Source: Armatimonadota bacterium (GTDB taxonomy: Bacteria; Armatimonadota; SYMT01). Taken from it: a DNA stretch of 64,000 nt. This document shows positions 51,991-62,231 of the stretch, piece after piece. A model generated the notes under the pieces. It was not told the DNA's origin. It worked only from the letters and a program-made list of their open reading frames with translations, and did not search any database. Position 1 is the first letter of the stretch; every line of letters begins with the position of its first letter. The DNA lies in the NCBI GenBank assembly GCA_041690135.1, contig JAWLHY010000001.1:1152001-1216000 (forward strand). Direction: 5' to 3'. The position numbers and the translations under genes are program-made.

Positions 51991-52686
51991 TTACTGCGCC
52001 TGCCCCGGAGTCACGGATACGATGACTTTCTGGAACGCGGGCTTGAGAGTGGTCCAGTCTTCTTCCAGGCAGTAGGTCACCACGCGAACCCGGCGTTCGC
52101 CGCCCAGCAGCGTGGCGCGCATGCCTTTGATCTTGCCGCCGAACATCCCCCCATCCGCTGTGAATTCGGAGAACCGGGCGTCGCCGGCGGCGCTCTGGAA
52201 GGATTGCATCTGGCCGTCGGCATACTCGCGGTAGCCGTTGAGCTCCATGATGCTCTCCACTTCTTCCGCGTCGGCCATGTGGACTTTCTCCACCGGCGGC
52301 CGGTTCAGCTCTTTGGCCGCGGCGCCCATATCGGGACCGCCCGGCACTGAGAGGCCGCCCATATCGATGGGTGACTTGGAAATGTCTCCCATCAGTGACC
52401 CTTCCAGGTCGGAGCTCACGCGGATCTTCGCGCCTCCCTGCGTAAAAGTAGCGGCGGCGCGGACGCCACCTAAAGCCCCACCGTCCACCTGCCAGCCTTC
52501 CGGTTGCAGGCACTTGAACGATTGGTCTTTGGCCGTATAGCTCTTGAACTGCGCAGGGGCCTTCGTCACCCGTTCGGGTCGCGCGGCCATCACCACATAC
52601 GCGCCGCCCCCGAACACGACGACCAGACAGAGCAGCGTCAGCCCCATGGCCAGCGGCCAGGGATTACCGGATCTGGGTTCACCCAT
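51991..52686 (-). CDS. Hypothetical membrane-anchored protein
   Basis: N-terminal TM helix; PsbP-like F...PEGW pattern. Confidence 0.65.
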   Translation of the reverse strand: MGEPRSGNPWPLAMGLTLLCLVVVFGGGAYVVMAARPERVTKAPAQFKSYTAKDQSFKCLQPEGWQVDGGALGGVRAAATFTQGGAKIRVSSDLEGSLMGDISKSPIDMGGLSVPGGPDMGAAAKELNRPPVEKVHMADAEEVESIMELNGYREYADGQMQSFQSAAGDARFSEFTADGGMFGGKIKGMRATLLGGERRVRVVTYCLEEDWTTLKPAFQKVIVSVTPGQAQ

Positions 52687-52706
52687 CTAAAACACCTCTT
52701 ACTTTT

Positions 52707-53402
52707 TCAATTCCGTTCGTGCCAGGCATCCTTGACGCGCCGGACGTACTCGGCCAGGCTGGCAGTGGGGTCGTCTTCGAGGATGTACGGCACTCCGATC
52801 ACGAAGATGTCGGCGCCGCGGCGGGCCGCGCTGATACCGTCCGCTACACTGAACGTGCCGACGCCGATGGGGATGCGCATCCGGCCGGCGATTTCATCAA
52901 TGAATAGGGTGGGGTCGCGGTCGGGGATTTCCGCGCGCTGATCGGCTCCGTAGTGGATGTAGGCTGAGTCCACGCCCATCGCCTCGACCTCTCGGGCGCG
53001 GCGCGCCCCTTCAGGGTGGGCGTAAAGGTCGCAGAGGATGCGTACGCCACAATCGCGGCCGGCCTGGATCGCCGTGCGCAGGCTGGCGTCCGAGGCCACC
53101 CCGCAGATCGTGGCGATCCGACCGCCCTGCTCCGCCGTTGCGATGACATACTTCCGGACACCATCCATCATCTTGAAATCGGCGAGGACCGGATGATCCG
53201 GAAACTCCCGTGCCAGTGCCCCAATTACGGGCACTCCCTGGAACGTGAGTAAGGGTGTGCCCACTTCCAACCAATCGACCCCGGCCTTCGCGGCGGCTTC
53301 AGCCACCTTCAATGCGCGGTCGGTCGTCAGGACATCGATGGCGACCTGAACGACGGGCGGCTTGATTTCCAGTGGCGTAACGTGCGGTGCCTCCCCTGGC
53401 AT
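52707..53402 (-). CDS. 3-hexulose-6-phosphate synthase / KGPDC family (OMPDC-like TIM barrel)
   Basis: QVAID, LEVGTPL, VLADFKMMDG, H.G.DQ, GADIFVIG. Confidence 0.82.
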   Translation of the reverse strand: MPGEAPHVTPLEIKPPVVQVAIDVLTTDRALKVAEAAAKAGVDWLEVGTPLLTFQGVPVIGALAREFPDHPVLADFKMMDGVRKYVIATAEQGGRIATICGVASDASLRTAIQAGRDCGVRILCDLYAHPEGARRAREVEAMGVDSAYIHYGADQRAEIPDRDPTLFIDEIAGRMRIPIGVGTFSVADGISAARRGADIFVIGVPYILEDDPTASLAEYVRRVKDAWHERN

Positions 53403-53623
53403 GGCGACCCTCGGGTTTCGATGCGGAGATTGTGCGATAGGTTCTGGTGAAAGTTCACTGCCGGGCAGGGGTTTGCCTTCTTTGACAATGAAATGGGGCG
53501 AGGCTGGGCGGCGTATTAGAATTGGTTAAGCTTTCGCCCCAAGGGAGGGAAGGTCCAGGGTGTAGGCCGTATTCCTACCTAGAAGGTCCTGTTCCCGTAC
53601 GATGCTTTGCCGAGGAGGAACCC

Positions 53624-54223
53624 ATGTCTGAGAGCTCCGGTCCCACCTGTTCGATCGCTCGCGACAGCGGCGGCAGTGTGATGACGCGTCTCAACGGCAT
53701 CTGGCACAAGCCGGCGCTGCAATTCTTTACCGTCATCGTCCTCGCCCACTGGGCGGAGCATCTCGCCCAGGCGTTCCAGATTTACGCGCTGCGCTGGCCG
53801 ATACCCGATTCGCGGGGAGTTCTGGGGCTCTGGTACCCCTGGCTGGTGAAGTCCGAATTGCTCCACTATGCCTACGCTATCGTGATGCTCGTGGGAATCT
53901 GGATGCTGCGACCGGGCTTCGGGGGAACCTCGGCCAAGTGGTGGACCGCCGCGCTGGCGATCCAGTTCTGGCATCATATCGAGCATGCGCTGTTGCAGGG
54001 GCAGGCGATCGTGGGTCAGAACCTCTTTGGTTCGCCGGTGCCGATGAGTATCGCCCAGCTCTGGGTGCCGCGCGTGGAGCTCCACCTGCTCTATAACACC
54101 ATCGTCTTCATTCCGATGGTGGTTGGGATGTACTACCACATGTTTCCGCCGACCGGGGAAGAGGCGCACACGAGCTGCACCTGCGCGTGTGTGGTTCGGC
54201 GACGCACCGCGGAGGCAACGTAA
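53624..54223 (+). CDS. His-rich integral membrane protein of unknown function
   Basis: GAGGAGG RBS; about 4 TM helices carrying HWAEH, ELLH, WHHIEH, ELH; Cys-rich tail. Confidence 0.75.
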   Translation: MSESSGPTCSIARDSGGSVMTRLNGIWHKPALQFFTVIVLAHWAEHLAQAFQIYALRWPIPDSRGVLGLWYPWLVKSELLHYAYAIVMLVGIWMLRPGFGGTSAKWWTAALAIQFWHHIEHALLQGQAIVGQNLFGSPVPMSIAQLWVPRVELHLLYNTIVFIPMVVGMYYHMFPPTGEEAHTSCTCACVVRRRTAEAT

Positions 54224-54226
54224 CAC

Positions 54227-54625
54227 GTGCTCCGTCGTTTCAGGCCGGCACTCTTGGCCGGCGCCTTCTTGCTGGCACTGGGGGTGGGTGGCTGTGGCCG
54301 TCCCACCCCCAACGAGGCTCCGGTGCAGGTGGAGCTCGCAGTGGAGCCGCAACCGCCAGCCCAGGGACCCGCGAAGGTGACGGTCACCCTGGCGGATGGC
54401 GAGGGCGCCCCGGTCACGGGAGCCGAAGTCAAGCTGGAAGGGAACATGTCCCACCCTGGCATGGTACCGGTGTTCGCCGATGCCCGTGAATTGGAGCCGG
54501 GCCGCTACCAGGCCGACCTGGAGTTCACCATGGGCGGGGATTGGTACATCATCGTCACGGCAAAGTTGCCGGATCAGCGGCGGATCGAACGCCAATTCCC
54601 TGTTCCGGGAGTCCGCCCGCGATGA
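54227..54625 (+). CDS. YtkA/FixH-like lipoprotein
   Basis: Lipobox (VGGC), G.PVTGA.V...NMSHPGM, PG.Y, M.G.W. Confidence 0.8.
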   Translation: MLRRFRPALLAGAFLLALGVGGCGRPTPNEAPVQVELAVEPQPPAQGPAKVTVTLADGEGAPVTGAEVKLEGNMSHPGMVPVFADARELEPGRYQADLEFTMGGDWYIIVTAKLPDQRRIERQFPVPGVRPR

Positions 54626-56124
54626 GCGGAACTTCTGTCCGGCGTCCTTGCCTGGCCGAACCGGACGAAAGGACATCCACCGCCTCCGGATTCGACCTGC
54701 TTCAGGTGCCGTGGGTCAGTCGCTTTCTCCAGTGGCGTCATGCACGCGCCGCGCTCCAATGGCCGCTGCTGGGGGTGGCACTGGTGATGGTGCTCCATGG
54801 CCTATTCGGGCCGACCCTGGCGCCGAAGAACCTGTCCACGCTCCTGGCCTGGGTGCATTACCGGGGCTTTTTGATGGTCGCGTTGATGGCGGCCGGTAAT
54901 CTCTTCTGCTTCGGCTGTCCTTTTGTTCTGGTCCGCGATCTCGGCCGGCGAGTGTTCCGGCCGTCGCGAAACTGGCCACGGCGCCTTCGGAACAAGTGGC
55001 TGGCGGTGGGACTGCTGGTCGCGGTTTTCTTCGTGTATGAAGCGTTCGATCTGTGGGGCTCGCCCTACTGGACCGCCGTCCTGATCCTCGCCTATTTCGC
55101 CGGGGCGTTGGTGATCGACGGCGTATTCAAGCACGCCTCGTTCTGCAAGTTTGTCTGCCCGATCGGTCAGTTCAGCTTCGCCGCGTCGACCCTATCGCCC
55201 TTGGAGGTGCAGGTGCGCAACCCGCGGGTGTGCGAAGCGTGTGCCACCAAAGATTGCATCCGCGGTCGACCGGATCCGGATAACCCCTTTCGCATCCTCC
55301 AGCGCGGGTGTGAGCTCGCCCTCTTCCAGCCGCGGAAGACTGGGAACATGGACTGCACGTTCTGCCTGGACTGCGTGCACGCGTGCCCACACGACAACGT
55401 GGGCGTGATGAGCCGTGTCCCAGGCAGCGAGCTCTGGATCGATCCGCTCCGGTCGGGAATCGGACGGTTCTCGCAGCGCAAGGACCTGTCCGTGCTGATG
55501 GTAGTGTTCGTTTTCGGCGCCCTGCTCAATGCGTTCGGAATGGTGAGCCCCGTCTATGCCGTGCAGGCCTACCTGGCACGCGTGCTCCACCTCACCAGCG
55601 AGGCTGCGGTCCTGGGAGTGTTGTTTGCGCTGGTGCTGGTTCTGGAGCCGGTCCTGTTGCTCGGCTTGGCTGCGTGGGCGACCCGACGCTGGGCGGGAGA
55701 GCGGGCGCCGGGCGGCGGCGAGGGCCTGCTCCAGCTTGCCGCGCGGTACTCCTACGGGTTGGTGCCGCTCGGCTGTGGCGTGTGGCTGGCGCATTACGGC
55801 TTCCACCTGCTCACCGGGTTGTGGACCTTCGTACCCGTGGCGCAGCATGCACTGGTGCAGATGGGCATACCCTGGCTCGGCGAGCCCCAGTGGGGTATGG
55901 GCGGGCTCCCGGCTTCGCGGGTCTACCCGTTGGAAATCGGGATTCTTACCCTGGGCTTTCTGGGTACGCTCCTGGTGACCTATCGCATTGCGGAAAGCGA
56001 CCGGCCCAGGCGAGCCCCTGCGGCGTTCTTTCCCTGGGCGCTTCTTGCCGGCCTTCTGTTCGCCTCCGCCATCTGGCTGCTCTCGCAGCCGATGGAGATG
56101 CGGGGCACGTTCCTGGGAGGCTAG
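54622..56124 (+). CDS. Membrane 4Fe-4S-binding protein (FixG/NapH/FesM-like)
   Basis: CFGCP and CKFVCP motifs, CxxCxxxxC, CTFCLDCVHACP ferredoxin motif, many TM helices; ATGA overlap. Confidence 0.85.
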   Translation: MSGTSVRRPCLAEPDERTSTASGFDLLQVPWVSRFLQWRHARAALQWPLLGVALVMVLHGLFGPTLAPKNLSTLLAWVHYRGFLMVALMAAGNLFCFGCPFVLVRDLGRRVFRPSRNWPRRLRNKWLAVGLLVAVFFVYEAFDLWGSPYWTAVLILAYFAGALVIDGVFKHASFCKFVCPIGQFSFAASTLSPLEVQVRNPRVCEACATKDCIRGRPDPDNPFRILQRGCELALFQPRKTGNMDCTFCLDCVHACPHDNVGVMSRVPGSELWIDPLRSGIGRFSQRKDLSVLMVVFVFGALLNAFGMVSPVYAVQAYLARVLHLTSEAAVLGVLFALVLVLEPVLLLGLAAWATRRWAGERAPGGGEGLLQLAARYSYGLVPLGCGVWLAHYGFHLLTGLWTFVPVAQHALVQMGIPWLGEPQWGMGGLPASRVYPLEIGILTLGFLGTLLVTYRIAESDRPRRAPAAFFPWALLAGLLFASAIWLLSQPMEMRGTFLGG

Positions 56125-56126
56125 GG

Positions 56127-56669
56127 ATGCGGTCTTTGCCTCGGATGTGGACGCAGGGGACAGTGAAGTGGACGCTGACCTTGATGGTGGTGCTGGGGTC
56201 GGGAGGACTTCGCCCGGCCGTCGCCCACGAGGGTCCTCCCTACCCCATCCTGGTCGATCGCCGGGCGGGCCCTTATACCCTCTCGGTTTGGGCGGACCCC
56301 GATGTGGGAATCGGCACCTTCTACATCACCCCCGAGAGCGCCGTCCCCGCCGATCTGGCGGTGGAACTGTGGGTGCAGCCCGCAGATCGGAGAATCCCCG
56401 AAGTCCGCTTCCCCGCCGTCCGTCGGGAGGGTCGTGGCCCGCTCCTATACGTGGCCGAAGCCCGGTTCGCTACAGAGGAGCGGTGGCGGACCCGAGTCGT
56501 GCTGCGAAGTTCGGAAGGCACGGGGGAGATCGAGACGGAAGTGGAGGTGACTCCGCCCGGGCTCGGACCGTTTGATCTGCTCCTCTATGCCGCACCATTC
56601 GCGGCGATCGCCTTCCTGTGGATCAAGGCGGTCATGAACCGGCGCAGTCGGCAGAGTGCCTTACCTTAG
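56127..56669 (+). CDS. Hypothetical exported protein with C-terminal TM
   Basis: Signal peptide predicted to cleave to a His N-terminus (AVA-HEGPPYP), Ig-like body, C-terminal anchor. Confidence 0.7.
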   Translation: MRSLPRMWTQGTVKWTLTLMVVLGSGGLRPAVAHEGPPYPILVDRRAGPYTLSVWADPDVGIGTFYITPESAVPADLAVELWVQPADRRIPEVRFPAVRREGRGPLLYVAEARFATEERWRTRVVLRSSEGTGEIETEVEVTPPGLGPFDLLLYAAPFAAIAFLWIKAVMNRRSRQSALP

Positions 56670-56822
56670 AAGAGATTAATCTTCCGCCGATCGACCGCCG
56701 GATGGATTAGCATGGTCGCAAGCTCCACCTCGGAAAAGGCTGTGGGGCGAGGGTGGGAATGGGGCCTCGCGGGCGGACGTGCCCGGCACATCGGGCTATG
56801 GGCAGGGTCATGGTGGACAGCT

Positions 56823-59800
56823 ATGCGCGGAAGGATTGATGCTTGCGGGCGGTGGAAGGCGAACGCGGCGGTCGGCACCATCCCCCTATTGGGCTGTTTG
56901 CTGCTGGCTGGCTGCCCCTCCGCAGAGCAGACAGCCCAAAAGCGGATCGCGCGGGACCCCCAACTGTATGCGCAGGTCGTCACGGCGTTCCACACGGGTG
57001 TGGTGGCTATGCAGGCGAACGATCAGGAGCGTGCAGCGGCCCAGTTGACGCGCGCGACCGAGCTAGCGCCCCACGAAGCGGCGGCTTGGGCCAATCTCGG
57101 TCTGCAGCGGCTGCGAGCGCAGAAGTTCGCACCTGCCGCCGAAGCCCTGGAACGCGCCCGACGGCTGGCGCCGCGTAATGGCGACATCCTGGTCTACTCC
57201 GCGCTTCTCGCCAGGACCCAGGGGAATCCCGAAGAGGCGGCCCGGTACTTGAAGGAAGCCATTGCCGCGGACCCGAGCAATGCGGAAGCCCACGCCCGGC
57301 TGATCGAGCAACTGGAAATGCTATCGGCCCCTGGGAGTGAAGAGGAGATCGCGCGTCACTACGAGCGGATTCTGGAGATCGATCCCGGTAATCTGGTGGC
57401 GCAGCTCGGCCTGGCGCGGCTGGCAGCCAGATCCGGTGATCGGGAAGCGCTGCTGAAGCGCCTGGAAGGCCTGGAAACATCCGCGTCATCGTGGCCCGCG
57501 GAGGCCCAGCAGCGGTTGCAGGCCATCCGCGCGAAGGCGGCCGCGAGTAACCCGCGGTCGGTCGGCACGGACATTCAGATCCTGACCAACGTTCTCAAGG
57601 GCACCGCCCCTTACCGGGAAAGCCAGCGGCTGTTGGGGCAGGGCACCGGCACGCAGGTGGGGACGCCGCTCCAGCGGTTCCTGGTTCTTCCGCAGCCTCC
57701 GGCCACCCCGGCTCCCGCCGACGACAGCCTGGCCTTTAAAGAAGAGTCCCTCACCCCGGAAAACGCTCCCTGGGCCACGGTGTTTCGCCTCCAGCCGACG
57801 GCGCCTCCCGGTGCAACGGGCGAACCGGTTCCCCAGTCAGCTGCGGGCTCGGACGCACCGCCGACGTTGGTTTTCCCCGCCTCCGGCAGCCTGGCTTTGG
57901 GTGCCGGTACGGGCAGGAAGGTCCCTTTTCCCGGGGTCCCCACTTCACCGGACACCGTTCAGCCCATCGATTGGAACGATGACTGGCGGCCCGACTTGCT
58001 CCTGGCCGGGAACGGGGGCGTGCGGCTCCTCCACCAGAATGCACCGGGAGAGTGGATCGACATCACGGCTCAGTCCGGTGTTCCCCTGGGGGTGACGGGC
58101 GCGAGCTATTCCGGTGCATGGGTCGCCGACTTCGACCTCGACGGGGACCTGGATGGGGTGCTCGGCACCGCGGACCGGGAACCAGTGGTCCTCCGCAATA
58201 ATGGAGACGACTCGTGGTCGGTGGCGCGTCCTTTCGGCGGCGTGCGGGGCCTACGAGATTGGGTCTGGGGCGACCTGGATGGCGACGGAGACCCGGATGC
58301 GGCGCTCATCGATGGCCGGAGGCAACTGGTGGTGCTGGTGAATGAGCGCGGCGGGCACTTCCGGACGGCGTCACTGGGGGAAGCCGGCGGCGGCGCCCTG
58401 GCCCTGGCTCTAGCCGATGCCGATCACCAGGGGACCCTTGATGTACTGGTTCTCCGCGGCAGCGGGACCATCGAAGCGGTTTCCAGCCAGGACGACTCCA
58501 CCTGGCGCGCCTCCGAGCTGGTCCGCTGGTCCGGTGCACCGGCACAGGGGCCCGCCCGGGTACTCTGGGAAGACCTGGACAACAACGGCGGCGCCGACCT
58601 GGTGGCATCGGGGCCGGACGGCACGCAGATCTGGCTTCAGGACGCCGGTCGCAAACTCCAACCGTTGGCCGAACAGTTGAATGCCCAGGTATACGCCATC
58701 CACGACATGAATGATGATGGGCGTCTCGACCTGGTGGGCATTTCCAACAACCGTCCCGTCCGCCTGCTGAATCAGGGTACGAAGGACTACCACTGGCAGG
58801 TGCTCCGGCCCCGGAACCAGTTCGTGCGCGAAGGTGACAGTAAGATCAACTCCTTCGGCATTGGGGGTGAGGCGGAGATCCGTGCCGGGCTCCTCGTCCA
58901 GAAGATGCCCATCGATAGCCCACGCGTCCACTTTGGTCTCGGGACCTCTGTCCGGGCCGATGTCGCGAGGATCACCTGGCCGAACGGACAGGTGCAGGGG
59001 GAGTTCGACCTGGTGGCCGACGGCGCGCCTCTGGCGGTCCAGCGGCTGACCGGCTCGTGCCCGTGGCTGTTCGCGCACGACGGGAAATCGGTGAAGTTTG
59101 TAACCGATGTGCTCTGGAAGTCTCCTCTCGGCCTCCGGATCAACGCACAGGATACCGCCGGTGTATCCCAGACGCGTGATTGGGTGAAAGTGCGAGGCGA
59201 CCAGCTAGCGCCGGTGGAAGGTTATTACGATCTGCGGGTCACGGCAGAACTGTGGGAGACCGACTTCTTCGATTACACGTCGCTGCTGGTAGTGGACCAC
59301 CCGGCGGAGACGGAGGTTTTCGTCGATGAGCGTTTCTCGATCCCGCAGCCCCCGCTTGAGGTCCTGGTCGCCGAACCGCCCGTGCCCGTCAGCCGGGCCC
59401 GAGACGAGCAGGGCCGGGACGTTACCGCCATGGTGACTCGCCTCGATGGCCAGTACCTCGACACTTTCCCGCTGGGCCAGTATCAGGGTGTCGCGCAGGA
59501 CCACTATGTCGAGGTGGAACTGCCTCGGGAAAGGGTGGGCCAGGACGGGCGCTCCCCATGGCTGCTCGGCCAGGGGTGGGTTTTCCCCACCGATAGTTCG
59601 ATCAACGTGGCGATCAGCCAGGGTCGCCACCCGCGCCCGGAAGGGTTGAGCCTGGAGGCCCCCGACGGTCGCGGGGGCTGGAAGACGGTGCGAACAGGTC
59701 TTGGCTTTCCGGCTGGGAAGTACAAAACCGTGCGGATCGATCTAGCCGGCGTTTTTCCTCCGGGCTATAAGGGTCCCCACCGCCTCCGGCTGCGCACCAA

Positions 59801-60392
59801 CATGGAAATCTACTGGGACTATCTGGGTGTGACTCGGCTGGCGAAGGCCGGCGCTTCCACGGTCCGCACGCAAGAGCTCTTGCCTGAGACGGCAGAACTA
59901 CGGTACCGGGGATTCTCGAAGCTGTTCCACCCCAAGCGCTCCACACCGGAGACTCCGCTCTACGATGAAATCGCCGGCACTGCTCCCCACTGGCTCGATC
60001 TGGTGGGCTTCTACACCCGCTTTGGGGATGTGCGGGAGTTGGTGACGAAGGTGGAGGATCGCTACGTAATCATGAATGCGGGCGATGAGCTCCGGCTTCG
60101 GTTCCGCGCGCCGGCCCCGCCGCCGGCCGGTTGGAAACGGGACTTCATCTTTGTGAGCGATGGCTGGGATAAGGACGGGAACTTCAACACCAGTTTCTCG
60201 AACACCGTTCTTCCGCTTCCCGCCCACGGTCGGCCCGCCTACGATACGCCCCCGGTTCCCCTCGAGCGGGATCCCGTCTACCGGCGCTACCCGGAGGACT
60301 GGTTGAAGTTCCACACGCGCTACGTCTCCACGGATGAATTCCGGAATATCCTGCGACCACCCGCCGCGACCGCTGGCGAGCGCCGCCCCTAG
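56823..60392 (+). CDS. TPR + FG-GAP + ASPIC/UnbV large lipoprotein
   Basis: Lipobox LLAGC, TPR region, multiple DxDxDGxxD repeats, HFGLG..WP UnbV motif, GSCPWLF-starting C-terminal domain; start could be 56712. Confidence 0.85.
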   Translation: MRGRIDACGRWKANAAVGTIPLLGCLLLAGCPSAEQTAQKRIARDPQLYAQVVTAFHTGVVAMQANDQERAAAQLTRATELAPHEAAAWANLGLQRLRAQKFAPAAEALERARRLAPRNGDILVYSALLARTQGNPEEAARYLKEAIAADPSNAEAHARLIEQLEMLSAPGSEEEIARHYERILEIDPGNLVAQLGLARLAARSGDREALLKRLEGLETSASSWPAEAQQRLQAIRAKAAASNPRSVGTDIQILTNVLKGTAPYRESQRLLGQGTGTQVGTPLQRFLVLPQPPATPAPADDSLAFKEESLTPENAPWATVFRLQPTAPPGATGEPVPQSAAGSDAPPTLVFPASGSLALGAGTGRKVPFPGVPTSPDTVQPIDWNDDWRPDLLLAGNGGVRLLHQNAPGEWIDITAQSGVPLGVTGASYSGAWVADFDLDGDLDGVLGTADREPVVLRNNGDDSWSVARPFGGVRGLRDWVWGDLDGDGDPDAALIDGRRQLVVLVNERGGHFRTASLGEAGGGALALALADADHQGTLDVLVLRGSGTIEAVSSQDDSTWRASELVRWSGAPAQGPARVLWEDLDNNGGADLVASGPDGTQIWLQDAGRKLQPLAEQLNAQVYAIHDMNDDGRLDLVGISNNRPVRLLNQGTKDYHWQVLRPRNQFVREGDSKINSFGIGGEAEIRAGLLVQKMPIDSPRVHFGLGTSVRADVARITWPNGQVQGEFDLVADGAPLAVQRLTGSCPWLFAHDGKSVKFVTDVLWKSPLGLRINAQDTAGVSQTRDWVKVRGDQLAPVEGYYDLRVTAELWETDFFDYTSLLVVDHPAETEVFVDERFSIPQPPLEVLVAEPPVPVSRARDEQGRDVTAMVTRLDGQYLDTFPLGQYQGVAQDHYVEVELPRERVGQDGRSPWLLGQGWVFPTDSSINVAISQGRHPRPEGLSLEAPDGRGGWKTVRTGLGFPAGKYKTVRIDLAGVFPPGYKGPHRLRLRTNMEIYWDYLGVTRLAKAGASTVRTQELLPETAELRYRGFSKLFHPKRSTPETPLYDEIAGTAPHWLDLVGFYTRFGDVRELVTKVEDRYVIMNAGDELRLRFRAPAPPPAGWKRDFIFVSDGWDKDGNFNTSFSNTVLPLPAHGRPAYDTPPVPLERDPVYRRYPEDWLKFHTRYVSTDEFRNILRPPAATAGERRP

Positions 60393-60431
60393 ATCCGCAG
60401 TAGCCGCCGGTGCGGCGTAGAGTACTCGACG

Positions 60432-62231
60432 ATGAAGCAACATCCGGTCGCCCGAATCGTTTTGACCACCGCGTTTGTGGGGTTGCTGGCTTCCGCCGCC
60501 GTCCTGTCCCGCGTCTATGCCCGCAAGGACCCTGCGAGCGTAAGCCCCCAGGCAGCGGCGGATGCGGTAGCCCGGTACGGTTTCCGCCTGGAGGAAGTCT
60601 CCCGAAAGGCGGGCCTGGATTTCACGCACAGCACGCCCACGCTTCACGCCTCTCTGGCGCACATCATGCCGCAAATCGCGTCCATGGGCGCGGGGGTCTC
60701 CATCGTAGATTTTGACCGCGACGGCTGGAACGACCTGTACGTGACGAACAGCGGCGAAGGGAGTAAGAACCGGCTCTACCGAAACCTGAAAGAGGGCCGC
60801 TTCGAAGACGTGGCCGAGGCCATGGGGGTGGCGGACCTCAACAGCGCCGGAACGGGCGTGTCGATGGGAGCCGTGTGGGGCGACTACGACAACGACGGCT
60901 TCGAAGACCTGTTTGTCTACAAGTGGGGCCGCCCGGAGCTATTCCACAACGAAGGCGGAAAAGCGTTCAAGCGGGTCACCGATGGGGCGGGGCTGCCCGC
61001 GTGGGCCAACTGCAACAGCGCCGTATGGTTCGATTACGACCGTGACGGCAATCTCGACCTTTTCCTGGGCGGCTATTTTCGGGAAGATCTGGACCTCTGG
61101 AACCTGAAGTCCACCCGGATGATGCCCGAGAGCTTTGAATACGCCCGGAACGGTGGCCGGAAGTACTTGCTGCGCAACCTCGGGGAAGGAAAATTCCAGG
61201 ACGTAACCGCGGAAACCGGTTTGGAAAGCCGGCGCTGGGCACTGGCGGTGGGCGCGGCCGATCTTCGCGGGACCGGTTATCCCGATCTGGTAATCGCCAA
61301 CGACTATGGGGTCTCCGAACTGTTCGTCAATGAAGGCGGGAAGCGTTTTCGCGACATCGGTAAGGAATCCGGGATTGGCGAGCGTCCGAAGAGTGGGATG
61401 AACGTTGCCTTTGGAGATATTCAGAACAACGGGAAGTACGCTCTCTACATCACCAACATCAGCGAGGAGGGGGTTCTCGTCCAGGGCAACAACCTCTGGG
61501 TGCCGCATGAAGGCAGCACGGGGAAGAACCCGAAATACGATAACCTGGCGGAGGTGATGGGCGTCGCTCTCGGTGGTTGGAGCTTCGGCGCGCAGTTCGG
61601 TGACCTGAACAACGATGGCCTGCTCGACCTGTTCCTGACTAACGGTTACGTTTCGGATGGTGAGCAGAGCTATTGGTACGACTTTTCCAAGATCGCGGGC
61701 GGGAACACGGCGATCATCGGCGATGCGAAGAACTGGCCGCCGATGGAAGGCCGCAGCCTCTCGGGCTATCAGCGAAAGCATGTGTGGCTCAACGACGGCG
61801 CCGGCAAGTTCAACGACGTGGCTTCTCTCGTCGGCGTTAGCGAGACGTTCGACGGTCGCGCCGTGGCGATGGCGGACTTCTGGAATCGCGGAGCGCTCGA
61901 CGTGGTGGTGGCGCACCAGAAGGGTCCCCTGCTGCTATACAAGAACACCGTCCGGCCGGAGCACGACTGGATCGAGTTCGAGTTGGAGGGAAGCCGGAGC
62001 AACCGCAGCGCTATCGGCGCGGAGGTCCGGGTATTCTGGTCGGGGCAGCAGCAGGTTCAGCAGGTCGCCGGGGCTAGCGGTTTCTGCGCCCAGAACCAGC
62101 GTCGCCTCCACTTCGGCCTGGGCGCGGATGCGAAGATCGAAAAGGTCGTGGTCCGCTGGCCCTCGGGAAAAGAGCAGACCCTCCCCGCCCCTGAACTCCG
62201 CACTCTGCACCGATTGAAGGAGCCGGTATGA
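60432..62231 (+). CDS. CRTAC1/ASPIC-UnbV family FG-GAP protein
   Basis: DFDRDGWNDL, GDYDNDGFEDL, DYDRDGNLDL, SNRSAIGA.V, LHFGLG, VRWPSG. Confidence 0.9.
   Translation: MKQHPVARIVLTTAFVGLLASAAVLSRVYARKDPASVSPQAAADAVARYGFRLEEVSRKAGLDFTHSTPTLHASLAHIMPQIASMGAGVSIVDFDRDGWNDLYVTNSGEGSKNRLYRNLKEGRFEDVAEAMGVADLNSAGTGVSMGAVWGDYDNDGFEDLFVYKWGRPELFHNEGGKAFKRVTDGAGLPAWANCNSAVWFDYDRDGNLDLFLGGYFREDLDLWNLKSTRMMPESFEYARNGGRKYLLRNLGEGKFQDVTAETGLESRRWALAVGAADLRGTGYPDLVIANDYGVSELFVNEGGKRFRDIGKESGIGERPKSGMNVAFGDIQNNGKYALYITNISEEGVLVQGNNLWVPHEGSTGKNPKYDNLAEVMGVALGGWSFGAQFGDLNNDGLLDLFLTNGYVSDGEQSYWYDFSKIAGGNTAIIGDAKNWPPMEGRSLSGYQRKHVWLNDGAGKFNDVASLVGVSETFDGRAVAMADFWNRGALDVVVAHQKGPLLLYKNTVRPEHDWIEFELEGSRSNRSAIGAEVRVFWSGQQQVQQVAGASGFCAQNQRRLHFGLGADAKIEKVVVRWPSGKEQTLPAPELRTLHRLKEPV

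Noticed and set aside
51773-52513. Apparent N-terminal extension of the MBL nuclease (570-aa ORF)
   Set aside because: It runs through tandem repeats and another gene; a good RBS and ATG exist at 51772.
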